This document shows positions 8,025 to 17,691 of a DNA stretch of 30,671 nt, piece after piece. Made by a program: the position numbers and the translations under genes. This DNA comes from Oligoflexus sp. GTDB lineage: Bacteria; Bdellovibrionota_B; Oligoflexia; Oligoflexales; Oligoflexaceae. Where the stretch lies: the NCBI GenBank assembly GCA_041736305.1, contig JBGSTX010000083.1:1-30671 (forward strand), given 5' to 3'. Each line of letters starts with the position of its first letter. Positions within the stretch are counted from its first letter, which is position 1. The notes beneath the pieces were generated by a model that searched no databases, was not told the origin of the DNA, and was given only the letters and a program-made list of their open reading frames with translations.

Positions 8025-9282
8025 GATCTCGCCCGTAGCTTTCCCGCAAGACCCAAAGCGCAGCCGCGGCACAGACGATAGACATCATGCCGACGAAGAG
8101 CAGAGCCTGCGGGAAGCCCCAAAACCCTTTCAAATAAGCAGTTAAAAGCGAGAGGGGAGCGACTGCCCCGCGGACAAAGTTGGGTACCGTAGTCGCAGCT
8201 GTGGCCCGCAGATTGGTTCCGAACTGTTCAGCAGCCACGGTCACCAACACAGCCCAGAAGCCTGCGCCAAAGCCGAGAATCAAACAGAGGACATAATACA
8301 CCTGAGGGGACTTAGCCTGACCCGTGAGACAGATCGTAAGCATGAGAGCGATGAGGGCCAGAAAGCCCGCCACTACTTTTTTCCGTGAACGCATGACCTG
8401 ACTGAGAAGTCCACTAGCAAAGTCGCCGATCGCCACTCCTATCGTGCTGTACATGATGGCTAAACCAGCTGAGACCGGTGAACTCATTCCCAGTTCGCGG
8501 GTGATTTCTGGTGAAAAGGGCATCATCACACCCAGGACGAACCAGATCGGAATACCCACCACAATACAGGCCATATAGCGCTGGAAGCGTTCGGCTTTAT
8601 TAAAAAAGAAGCGGAATTGGCCAAAGGCCACATCCTTATTGCGACGAACCGAAGCAAAGAGTCCTGACTCGCCGAGCTTAGCCCGCGTAAGGAGCAGGAG
8701 AAGGCCAAGGCAGCCGCCGATAATATAAGTCGTCTGCCAAGAGAACATCTCACCGACGATGGTCGCGGCTATACCTCCGCAGATGCCCATAGTCGCTACG
8801 ATCGTCGTGCCGATTCCACGAGACTCGCGGGGCATTATTTCACTGACCAGGGTGATGGCAGCCCCTAATTCACCAGCTAAACCAAAGCCGGCAATAAAAC
8901 GCAAAATCGCGTACATTTCCACCGAAGTCACAAAAGCATTGGCGATGTTGGCGAGAGAGTAGATGAGGATAGAGCTGAAAAGAACGGCCATCCGCCCTTT
9001 TTTATCGCCAATGATGCCCCAGGCGACACCTCCGATCAGCATGCCTATGACCTGCATGTTGATCAAGAAAATGCCGGTATTGAGGAGACCAGCCTCGGAA
9101 ACGCCGAGGGCTTGCAAACTAGCAATGCGAACGATGCCGAAAATTGACAGGTCATAGACGTCTACAAAATAGCCAAGAGAGGCAACACCTACGGTTGCAT
9201 AGATCTGCGAACGAGTTGCCACCTGCTGGGGGGGGGCGTCGCCATCCTCTCCGACCAAAGCGGCCGATGATTCCAACTGCAT
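8005..9282 (-). CDS. MFS transporter
   Basis: ~12 hydrophobic helices, GIIGDKKGR motif A, RFIAGFGLAGELG, EQFGTNLRATA; RBS GAGGAG. Substrate unknown. Confidence 0.92.
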   Translation of the reverse strand: MQLESSAALVGEDGDAPPQQVATRSQIYATVGVASLGYFVDVYDLSIFGIVRIASLQALGVSEAGLLNTGIFLINMQVIGMLIGGVAWGIIGDKKGRMAVLFSSILIYSLANIANAFVTSVEMYAILRFIAGFGLAGELGAAITLVSEIMPRESRGIGTTIVATMGICGGIAATIVGEMFSWQTTYIIGGCLGLLLLLTRAKLGESGLFASVRRNKDVAFGQFRFFFNKAERFQRYMACIVVGIPIWFVLGVMMPFSPEITRELGMSSPVSAGLAIMYSTIGVAIGDFASGLLSQVMRSRKKVVAGFLALIALMLTICLTGQAKSPQVYYVLCLILGFGAGFWAVLVTVAAEQFGTNLRATAATTVPNFVRGAVAPLSLLTAYLKGFWGFPQALLFVGMMSIVCAAAALWVLRESYGRDLNFFER

Positions 9283-9526
9283 ATAAGTCTCCTCGTGATC
9301 GAGCTGCTAAGTGAATTTTGAAGCTCACTGTACAAAACAGTAATAGTTTTGGAAAGCACGACATTAAAGGCTAGGCAAAATTGCGAGTCAGGCGGCTTAG
9401 ACGAAGGAAATCTACGAGTTCTGGACAAAGCATGCATTCATACTTTTTCATACGTAAGTTTGTACAGTTCTCAGAAAAAGGACCAAAGAGGCCGAAACGA
9501 AAGCAGGAATAGGGGTCTGCCAAGCT

Positions 9527-10897
9527 ATGAAGATTTGGGCGCGTCTGCAGCATTATTACAGCTTCTTCATCGTCTCCGACGTAGGCATTACTGAGAAGGA
9601 GCGGGAGTATATCAAAGCTAAAGAAGACCGCAGGTTTGATGGAGTCGCGTCTAAATTTTTGACCAGTGCCGCTCTTATCATGCTGCTGAGCGCTCTCGCG
9701 ACTTTTGTACTGAGCCCCTATCCACAAAAATTTCCGCAGAGCCTTACCCATTTAGTCGTTGCAGTCTTCTTGATCTTTATGAGACTGGCCTTCGCTAGAA
9801 GTAAATTCAATCTGCGCCCAGCGATTTTAGTGGCCCAATACCTCCTCACGCTAGGCTACGCCTGGACGCTGCGAGTCACTTTCAGCCAGGTACCGGATAT
9901 CAATGATGTAGCGATCCTCTCGGCCATTTTTATTGCCATTATGATCTTCAATATCGCACTTTTTCCCTTCAAGAACGGCCTAGTGGTTTTTACAGCCTTT
10001 GCTCACGTTGCGATAACTTATTTCGCATGGAGTGCGAGCCCAATTTTGAAACCTTTCGATTGGATCTTCGTCGCCAGTCTCTGCGCAGCGTTCGCAATTG
10101 CAGTCTTCTACTTCCTTACCTATCTATCCCGGAACGAGGCTCTAGGAGAACTCGCGACGCGGCAGCTCCTGAATCATCGACAGACCAACCGCATTTTAGC
10201 GCTGCAACGGGACATGGAAGTCGCCGGCGAGATCCAGGACTCGATAGCGCCGCGAGAATCGATCGTGACAGGCCATGGCTTGAAGGTTTCATTTTACCAG
10301 ATCAAGTTCGATCTCTTGGGAGGCGATTGGTGTGCGGTGCGAAGCTTTGACTCTGGGGACCTGGTCCTCGTCGTCGCTGATGCCACTGGTAAAGGCATTC
10401 AGGCGGCGCTGGTCATTCATTCGATACAGACGCTTTGGGCAAATGCTCTGAGCAGTCCGACCTTCGACTCTGAAACCTGGCTGAATTCGGCCAACAGAAC
10501 GCTCATTGCTTTGGGCCAGCGCAAAGAGCATACGATGTCGCTCGGTTTGGTCATCATTCGCAAAGAAACCGTCACTTACTACTCGGCAGGACACTTACCG
10601 CTTTTTCTGGTTTTAAAGGTGGAGGATAAATTTCAAGTTCAAACCCTAATCGCGCGTGGTTCGCTCCTCGGCATGAGTGAAAATCTGCAGCTGCAGCCTC
10701 GTGAAATCACCCGTTCAGGTCTATGGATTGAAGCTCTTTTGCTTGGTACGGACGGTGTTTTCGAAGGTGGCAGCTCTTATAAGAATCGTACCGTATTAGA
10801 ATTAGTATCTCGCGTTAGAGCCAGGGGTGCGGCGGCGCTAGAGGACTGCCCGGCGCAAGACGATAAACTGCTGGTCTGGGTTGAACAGACAGCTTAA
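9527..10897 (+). CDS. Membrane-bound PP2C/SpoIIE (RsbU-like) Ser/Thr phosphatase
   Basis: ~6 N-terminal TM helices, then AGEIQ, LGGDW, VADATGKGIQAAL, SAGH, TDGVFE, QDD. Confidence 0.88.
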   Translation: MKIWARLQHYYSFFIVSDVGITEKEREYIKAKEDRRFDGVASKFLTSAALIMLLSALATFVLSPYPQKFPQSLTHLVVAVFLIFMRLAFARSKFNLRPAILVAQYLLTLGYAWTLRVTFSQVPDINDVAILSAIFIAIMIFNIALFPFKNGLVVFTAFAHVAITYFAWSASPILKPFDWIFVASLCAAFAIAVFYFLTYLSRNEALGELATRQLLNHRQTNRILALQRDMEVAGEIQDSIAPRESIVTGHGLKVSFYQIKFDLLGGDWCAVRSFDSGDLVLVVADATGKGIQAALVIHSIQTLWANALSSPTFDSETWLNSANRTLIALGQRKEHTMSLGLVIIRKETVTYYSAGHLPLFLVLKVEDKFQVQTLIARGSLLGMSENLQLQPREITRSGLWIEALLLGTDGVFEGGSSYKNRTVLELVSRVRARGAAALEDCPAQDDKLLVWVEQTA

Positions 10898-10978
10898 GAA
10901 GGCTCCTCCCGACGCAGGAAATATGATAGTCTGTTCAGAGCAGGTGGGGCCGTCGGTGAGTTCAAGAAGGAGCATGCT

Positions 10979-12439
10979 TTGACACAGTCGCGAAACGCTC
11001 ACGACAATCGAGAGGCAAGGCCTGTCGAACCGCCGAAGTTAGAACACATTCGACCCTTTCGCGCGAGCCAGATCAATATCGAGCCTTGTTCCGCTCGGGT
11101 TGAGGGTCAGATTCCGCCTTGGCTCAGAGGTGAACTAGTCCGGACTTGTCCTGGTGTCTTCGACCTCCCTCAGTGGAAAGCTGAACACTGGTTCGATGGA
11201 CTTGGATTGATTTTTACCTTTAAATTTCACGAACAGGGCGTCAGTCTCCGCTGTCGCCAGCTTGATTCGCGGGCTTCACGCTTGGCAGTCGCGGGTGAGA
11301 ATCCCTATGCGACCTTCGATACGAAAATAAAGAGAAGCGGTCTGAAACGAATTTTTGAGCCAGTACCCCGGGCCACTGACAATGCGAATGTCAACATCGT
11401 TAGCTATGGCGATGAGTGGGTTGCCCTAACTGAAACTCCCTTTCCAGTTATCGTCGATAAGAATGATCTGAGCACGAAGGGTTACGTATCCTTTGCGGAC
11501 AGTTACCCTGAGCGCTGTATCATGACGGCCCACCCTCACTTCGACTTCAGCCGAGGGAAGGTCGTTAACGCGTTAGTCTATATCGGAGCTTTTTCCTATA
11601 TCGCGTTTTATGAGCATGATGGCTCTGGTCGAAAGCGCGAAGAAATCGCTCGCATACACTTTCAAAAATTACCCTATATTCATTCTTTCGCTATGACTCC
11701 GCAGCATATAATTCTCGTCTCTCATCCATTTCGCGCTTTTGGACCTCGTTTTCTCTGGTCGAATCAGGGTTTCATAGAGGCTTTCAACTGGAATCCTCAG
11801 GATGGGACCGACATTTATGTTTTCGATCGGAGCAGCAGAAAGTGGTCGGTCTACGAAACTGAAGCGCTCTTCACGTTTCATTTGGCTCATGCATTCGAGC
11901 AAAAGGGTGAGCTCGTGCTCGATCTGGTGGCTCATCCCGATCCTAGTTTCATCTTTACTTATCGAACAGAATCCCTACGCCAACAGCTCCCTATTTTGCG
12001 AGGCCAGCTGCAACGTCTGCGTATGCAGCTCGGACAGAAGACAAGCTCGCTAGAAACCATCACTAAGCTAGGGATGGAGTTTCCGAGTGTCGCCTACAAG
12101 AGGACCCAGGGCAAAGCTGCCCGCTGGGTGTGGGGTGCGGGGACCATGGGCGAAGCAGAGACCTATCGATCGACTCTTATAGCAAACGATGTCATCAGCG
12201 GCAGAACAACAACATACAGCGAAACAGATATTATATTTGGCGAGCCTGTTTTTGTGGGAAAACCCGGGACTGATGACGAAGCCAATGGTGTAATCATCGC
12301 TGTCGGCACTCACCTGCATAAGGACCGTTCGGTTTGCGTGGTCCTCGATGCAGCTAGCTTCAAGCCCATCGCTCGGGTCGAGGTCGATTACGCTTTGCCA
12401 CTGGGTTTTCACGGCTCTTTTTTTGCCGATACCGTTTAG
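10979..12439 (+). CDS. Carotenoid cleavage oxygenase (RPE65/CCD family)
   Basis: VEGQIPPWLRGEL, HWFDGLG, four Fe-His motifs TAHPH, IHSF, FHLAHAFE, GFHG, plus GEPVFV; TTG start after AAGGAG. Confidence 0.93.
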   Translation: MTQSRNAHDNREARPVEPPKLEHIRPFRASQINIEPCSARVEGQIPPWLRGELVRTCPGVFDLPQWKAEHWFDGLGLIFTFKFHEQGVSLRCRQLDSRASRLAVAGENPYATFDTKIKRSGLKRIFEPVPRATDNANVNIVSYGDEWVALTETPFPVIVDKNDLSTKGYVSFADSYPERCIMTAHPHFDFSRGKVVNALVYIGAFSYIAFYEHDGSGRKREEIARIHFQKLPYIHSFAMTPQHIILVSHPFRAFGPRFLWSNQGFIEAFNWNPQDGTDIYVFDRSSRKWSVYETEALFTFHLAHAFEQKGELVLDLVAHPDPSFIFTYRTESLRQQLPILRGQLQRLRMQLGQKTSSLETITKLGMEFPSVAYKRTQGKAARWVWGAGTMGEAETYRSTLIANDVISGRTTTYSETDIIFGEPVFVGKPGTDDEANGVIIAVGTHLHKDRSVCVVLDAASFKPIARVEVDYALPLGFHGSFFADTV

Positions 12440-12445
12440 GCGGAT

Positions 12446-14083
12446 TCAGCCGCTTTCGGCTGTCTTCTTCTCCACATAGTACTGATAGTTGCCTTCGTAA
12501 ATAAGCATGTGGCCATCGTGGATTTCAAATACGCGATTGGCAATCTGGTGCAGGAAATGCCGGTCATGGCTAACGACAAGCACAGTCCCTTCAAAAGCTT
12601 GCACGGCCTTCAGTAAGACCTCGCGCGACTCGATATCGAGATGGTTAGTAGGTTCGTCGAGGACTAAGAGGTTGAGCGGGCTGGCAAGGATCGTGGCCAG
12701 CAGAACCCGACTGCGCTCACCACCGGAGAGTACGCTGATTTTCTTTTCCACATCGTCGCCGCTGAAAAGAAAAACTCCCAGGAGATTTCTGATAAAACCA
12801 ATCGATGCATCGGGAAGGCGTCGCGAGATTTCCTCGAATACGGTCTTGCCAGGATCGAGCGAGTCGAGGGCGTGCTGGCTGAAGTAGCCAATGCGCACGC
12901 TGGGGCCGACGCTGACCTGACCAGAGCTAGGTTCGGTTTCACCCACGATCGTCTTCAGCAGAGTCGACTTGCCGGCGCCGTTGACTCCCGTCAGGGCGAT
13001 CTTGTTGAGGCGTTGAACCACCCCCGAAACCCCCCGAAAGACTTTGCGCGTCGAGCCGTCCTCGAGGCGCCATTCCTTGCTGACGTCAGCAAATCGAACT
13101 ACATCCTGCCCGCTACGCGGCGGAGTCGGGAAGGTGAAATCTATGGTTTTCGTCTCAGGCGGAGCTTCAAGGCGATCGATTTTATCGAGCTTTTTCACGC
13201 GAGACTGGACTTGTGAGGCATGTGAGGCCCTGGCGGCGAAGCGAGCTATGAAATCTTCTTCCTTGGAGAGCATTTCCTGCTGACGTCGATGGGCGGCTAT
13301 CAACTGCTCGCGACGCAGCTCGCGTTCGCGGAGATAGAATTCATAGTTGCCTGAGTAAACGTTCACCTGCTTGTTGGCGATTTCAACGATACGGCTGACG
13401 AGACGGTTCATGAACTCCCTATCGTGACTCGTCATCACGATGGCCCCTTTATAGTTCTGTAGCCATTCTTCAAGCCAGATGATCGATTCTAAATCCAAGT
13501 GATTGGTCGGTTCGTCCATCAGGAGGACGTCCGCTTGAAGCGTCAGTATACCAGCCAGGGCGATGCGCATTTTCCAGCCACCGCTGAACTGCTCCACAGG
13601 CCGATTGTAGTCGCGCGGACCAATTCCCAGACCCGTAAGAACCGCCTGGGCACGAGATTCCAGATCGTAGCCATCGCGTTGCTGGAACTCCATCTGGGCA
13701 TCACCGTAACGTTCCATCAGAGAGTTGAAGGCATCAGGCTCCATAGATTCTGTAATACCGGAGGAGAGCTGCGCCTCAACTTCGGCGATAAAACGCCCTA
13801 ATTCAGCGACGCGGCCTGAGCTGGCGATAACTTGCTCGAGAGCCGTGCAACCATGCATTTCGCCAACGTCCTGCGAGAAGTAGCCGATGACAGTCTGATT
13901 CTGTATAGCGAGCGTCCCTACGTCAGGATGATCTTCGCCTACGATCAGTCTAAAAATTGTAGTCTTGCCAGCGCCGTTAGGACCAACCAGGCCGATCCGA
14001 TCTCCGGGTCTGATCATAAAAGAAGCATTTTCGTAGAGGACTCGCTGACCCTGACGCTTAGTAATATTAGATAGATGAATCAT
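12446..14083 (-). CDS. ABC-F family ATPase (ribosome-associated)
   Basis: Two NBDs (GPNGAGKT, FSGGW, DEPTNHLD; GVNGAGKS, LSGGE, DEPTNHLD), no TM segments. Confidence 0.95.
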   Translation of the reverse strand: MIHLSNITKRQGQRVLYENASFMIRPGDRIGLVGPNGAGKTTIFRLIVGEDHPDVGTLAIQNQTVIGYFSQDVGEMHGCTALEQVIASSGRVAELGRFIAEVEAQLSSGITESMEPDAFNSLMERYGDAQMEFQQRDGYDLESRAQAVLTGLGIGPRDYNRPVEQFSGGWKMRIALAGILTLQADVLLMDEPTNHLDLESIIWLEEWLQNYKGAIVMTSHDREFMNRLVSRIVEIANKQVNVYSGNYEFYLRERELRREQLIAAHRRQQEMLSKEEDFIARFAARASHASQVQSRVKKLDKIDRLEAPPETKTIDFTFPTPPRSGQDVVRFADVSKEWRLEDGSTRKVFRGVSGVVQRLNKIALTGVNGAGKSTLLKTIVGETEPSSGQVSVGPSVRIGYFSQHALDSLDPGKTVFEEISRRLPDASIGFIRNLLGVFLFSGDDVEKKISVLSGGERSRVLLATILASPLNLLVLDEPTNHLDIESREVLLKAVQAFEGTVLVVSHDRHFLHQIANRVFEIHDGHMLIYEGNYQYYVEKKTAESG

Positions 14084-14144
14084 TTTTAAGTCCAGGTCTC
14101 CATATGGGTCAGTCAGTATACACGAGCTGTATAGCCAGAGCTAG

Positions 14145-16499
14145 CTAGGCTTGGGTTTGGGCAGCCTTAGAGCTGGAGTTGATAGTGTGCATGAGATCTT
14201 TGAAGTTGATGGGTTTGCTAAGATAGTGGCACATCCCCACCTGCAGGCAGCGCTCGCGTTCCTGAGCGAGGGCGCTCGCGGTCAAAGCCACGATAGGGGT
14301 CTGGCGGTTTTTGGAGCGAGGACTGTTTTTAATTTGCTCCGATGTCTTAACTCCGTCGATGTCGGGCAGGCCGATATCCATCAGGATCAGGTCGTAGCTT
14401 TCTTGCTCGCAGTTTGTAATGGCCTTCTGGCCCGTATCCGCTTCAACTGCGGAGAGTCCGCTCATGGCCAGATAAGTCCTGATCAGCTCGCGATTAACTG
14501 GATCGTCCTCAACCAGCAGAATTTTCCGCTGTGACGATTGAAGATTCGGCAGAGTGGCCGGAGCTTCTGACTTCCCTTCGGAAAAAAGCGCCGTGAAATG
14601 AAAAGCGCAGCCACCTTCAGGCCGATTCTCATACCAGATCTCGCCGCCGAGAGTTGCCACCAGCCGTTTGCAGATGCTGAGACCCAGGCCGAAACCTTGC
14701 TGCTTTTTTTCGAGCTTTTGGCGAAAGGGATGCATGAAAGAATCAAAAACGACTGGCCCGATCTCAGCAGGAACACCAGGACCATCGTCGATCACGCTGA
14801 AGCATAAACAATACTTGCCTGCTGGAATACCTGGCTTAGTTTGCTCTCTGCAGTAGAGTTCAATATGCCCTTCATCACTAACGAACTTAGAGGCGTTACT
14901 GATCAAGTTGATAAGAATTTGTCTCAGTACGAGCAAGGGGCCCTGCAGGGGGGGTAGATCCAAGGGAATGGAGTACAGGGTAAATTTAATATTCTTGCTA
15001 CGGAAGAGTGGGTCAAACGAAGCCTCAATTTCGGCCAGCTCTTCCTCCAGATTGAAGGTGCTGATCTTCGACGAGACAGTACTGCTCTCCGACTGAATAA
15101 GCTCTAGCGTCTGATTTACCAGAGCCAGGAGGTCCTGGGCGCGAGTTTGGATAATCTTCATCCAGGCTCGCTGCTGCTGGCTGAGAATAGTGGTCTTCAT
15201 GAGTTCAGAAAAGCCCAGGATGGCGGTGAGTGGAGTGCGAAACTCATGACTGATGCTGGCCAGAAACATAGTCTTGGCTGCGTTAGCGCTCTTGGCTTCT
15301 TCCGAACGCAAGTCGGCTAGACGCATAGCTTCTTCGGTGTCTCTTGTGCGCTCCTTGACGGCGCGTTGCAGCTGGAAGACCCAGCCCAAGGAAAATATGA
15401 GAAGTAGTACTATGCCAGCCCCAACGAACCCAAATCGCTGGGCCATCAAGTGACTTTGGACGGCCGGCAATTGGTATACAAAACCTTTTAGGCGCTCTAT
15501 ACGAAGGTTTTGTGGATCGAGTATCACCAATTCTCTAGCCATCTTCTCCCAACGAGCCTGATTCATCGAGCCTAGCTCAATAATGTCCGGCAGGATGAGA
15601 TGTCGCATGACGGTAGCTTCATAACGCAATCGATCGCGCGTGATCCGGCGTTTTTGGACCGAAGGCTGAGCGAGAATATAGTCGATCACCTCTTCGGGAT
15701 GTTCAAATGCGTAGGCCCAACCGTCGAAGGTAGCTTGCCGGAATTTTTCTACTAAGTCCGGATGCTTGGCCAGGTACTCCGCATCGGTAAAAAGAGTGTC
15801 TCCATAGAATTCCACTCCGTAGTCAACGGGATAAATCACATGATAAGGAATGTTCAGTTCTCGGAGGCGATAAAGCTCACCGGTGGCGTAGGCGCCGTTG
15901 GCGTCGATCTCGCCCCGAACGATAGACTCGAGGTTCCACCGAGGAGGTACCAGCGTGACTTCGTCGAGTTCGATACCCTGTTTTCGAAACATAGCCTTGA
16001 AGAGATAAGAGCCTCGCCCCTCGGCAATTCCAACTCTCTTGCCACGCAGATCGTCGAGGGTCATGATATTGCGGCGAGCCAGGCTGACGAGACAATAGGC
16101 AGAATGTTGGAAAATGACACCCAGCGCCACCAGAGGATCACCCTTTAAACGCCGCCAGAGAACATCGGTATCAGATACGCCGAAATCAGCCGAGCCTCTG
16201 AGAACGGATTCTATCGGGTCATGCTGTGGACCTCCTTCTTGAATCGTTACATCTAGATCACTTTTGTCATAAAGACCGAGATACTGAGCAGCATAGAAGC
16301 CGGCAAATTGGAACTGATGAAAATATTGCAGCTGCAGTTTAACGGGCGATTTGCCAGCTTGGGTTTCAGCGAGCGATAGGTCTGGAACGGCAATCCAGAA
16401 AAGAGCTATGCCTAGCAAAAGCCTGATTATTGTGCAGCCGAACAGCAGATGCATAACTCGTACTCGCGTCGAGAGATTTAAGCCAAGCAGAACCCTCAC
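14145..16499 (-). CDS. Hybrid histidine kinase with NMT1/THI5-like periplasmic binding sensor domain and receiver domain
   Basis: LQLQYFHQFQFAGFYAA (NMT1), TM, H-box SISHEFRTPL, N-box NLISNASKF, DDGPG, GFGLGL, REC LLVEDD/LMDIGLP/KP. Start uncertain (alternative ATG 16454). Confidence 0.9.
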   Translation of the reverse strand: MRVLLGLNLSTRVRVMHLLFGCTIIRLLLGIALFWIAVPDLSLAETQAGKSPVKLQLQYFHQFQFAGFYAAQYLGLYDKSDLDVTIQEGGPQHDPIESVLRGSADFGVSDTDVLWRRLKGDPLVALGVIFQHSAYCLVSLARRNIMTLDDLRGKRVGIAEGRGSYLFKAMFRKQGIELDEVTLVPPRWNLESIVRGEIDANGAYATGELYRLRELNIPYHVIYPVDYGVEFYGDTLFTDAEYLAKHPDLVEKFRQATFDGWAYAFEHPEEVIDYILAQPSVQKRRITRDRLRYEATVMRHLILPDIIELGSMNQARWEKMARELVILDPQNLRIERLKGFVYQLPAVQSHLMAQRFGFVGAGIVLLLIFSLGWVFQLQRAVKERTRDTEEAMRLADLRSEEAKSANAAKTMFLASISHEFRTPLTAILGFSELMKTTILSQQQRAWMKIIQTRAQDLLALVNQTLELIQSESSTVSSKISTFNLEEELAEIEASFDPLFRSKNIKFTLYSIPLDLPPLQGPLLVLRQILINLISNASKFVSDEGHIELYCREQTKPGIPAGKYCLCFSVIDDGPGVPAEIGPVVFDSFMHPFRQKLEKKQQGFGLGLSICKRLVATLGGEIWYENRPEGGCAFHFTALFSEGKSEAPATLPNLQSSQRKILLVEDDPVNRELIRTYLAMSGLSAVEADTGQKAITNCEQESYDLILMDIGLPDIDGVKTSEQIKNSPRSKNRQTPIVALTASALAQERERCLQVGMCHYLSKPINFKDLMHTINSSSKAAQTQA

Positions 16500-16704
16500 G
16501 AAACGGCAGATAGAACAAACTTGGACTTATCCATTTGAGTCATGCTTGGAGTTCAGCATACTTCTTTATTCCGAGTAGTTAAAGATTCTTGAATTAGCCT
16601 TAATTCTTGACAGAGTCTAAAAATTATCCCCAGCCTCTGGATTTTGTATCGACCTGAGTCATCTTATGCGATGCTAGTATTTCACGGCCAAAATATGGGG
16701 GTTT

Positions 16705-17691
16705 GTGATGATAGTGAACGGCAGAAAAATTCTTGGAACACTCGTAACGCTGCAGCTCCTCTCGTTATCTCATGGAGGATGCAGTCGGAGCAGTTCAGGC
16801 GATGATGATGTAGCGTCTTCGAAAGAGCCTCAAGGTGTTAATGACGGTGCTGAAGGCTTGAGCGTTACCATGGATAGTGTATCCGAGCTCATCAAGATCG
16901 AGGATGTTCCAACCTGTAAAGGCGGAGACGTCCAGCTCTATGCTGACCTCGCTTACCCGAAACCGGTGGAAAATAAGCTCCGCCCAGCACTGATCTTTAT
17001 TCACGGCGGCAGCTGGACAGCTGGCTCGAGGAAGGACTTCAGTCAGTTCATCGCGTACGCAGCCAAGCGGGGTTATGTTGCAGCTACTATCCAGTACCGC
17101 CTGACTGAACCTGTTTTTCCTAATGAGATTTTCGATGTGAAGTGTGCGGTACGCTGGATGCGAGCCGAGAGCAATCGCTATGGAGTTGATCCCAATCAGA
17201 TTGGGGCTTTTGGAGCATCAGCTGGTGGACATCTCGCTCTCATGCTGGGGACGACCGCAGGAGATGCTTCGCTCGAAGGGGATGGCGGCTTCGGGGAATA
17301 TTCAAGCGCAGTCCAGACCGTCGTGAACTGGTTTGGTCCCGCTGATCTTGCGGCCCTTTATAGAACACTGGACGCAGATGGCAAAAATGGTTTCGATCGC
17401 AATCTAGGCGGATCACCCGAGTCGAAGCCCGAAGTTTATGCCCGCTTCAGTCCTCTCAATATGGTGAATAAAGCGAGTGCACCAACTATCACCGTGCACG
17501 GTGATGCTGACCCCTTGGTGCCCTATGCTCAAGGTCTGGCTTTGAAAGCCCGATTTGAGGAAGTCGCGGCGCCTCATGAATTGGTGACTGTAGTCGGAGG
17601 CGGACATGGATTTCCCGAAGCGAAAACCATAGAGGCTCTCGATAGCAGCTTTGAATATTTGGAACGGGTCTTACCCCTTCCTCAAGATTAA
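16705..17691 (+). CDS. Exported alpha/beta hydrolase (HSL-like esterase/lipase), possible lipoprotein
   Basis: HGGSW oxyanion motif, GASAG nucleophile, HGDAD, GGHGF; signal-like N-terminus ending HGGC. Confidence 0.9.
   Translation: MMIVNGRKILGTLVTLQLLSLSHGGCSRSSSGDDDVASSKEPQGVNDGAEGLSVTMDSVSELIKIEDVPTCKGGDVQLYADLAYPKPVENKLRPALIFIHGGSWTAGSRKDFSQFIAYAAKRGYVAATIQYRLTEPVFPNEIFDVKCAVRWMRAESNRYGVDPNQIGAFGASAGGHLALMLGTTAGDASLEGDGGFGEYSSAVQTVVNWFGPADLAALYRTLDADGKNGFDRNLGGSPESKPEVYARFSPLNMVNKASAPTITVHGDADPLVPYAQGLALKARFEEVAAPHELVTVVGGGHGFPEAKTIEALDSSFEYLERVLPLPQD

Noticed and set aside
9328-9340. LexA box-like CTGT...ACAG
   Set aside because: Spacer is 5 nt rather than 8.
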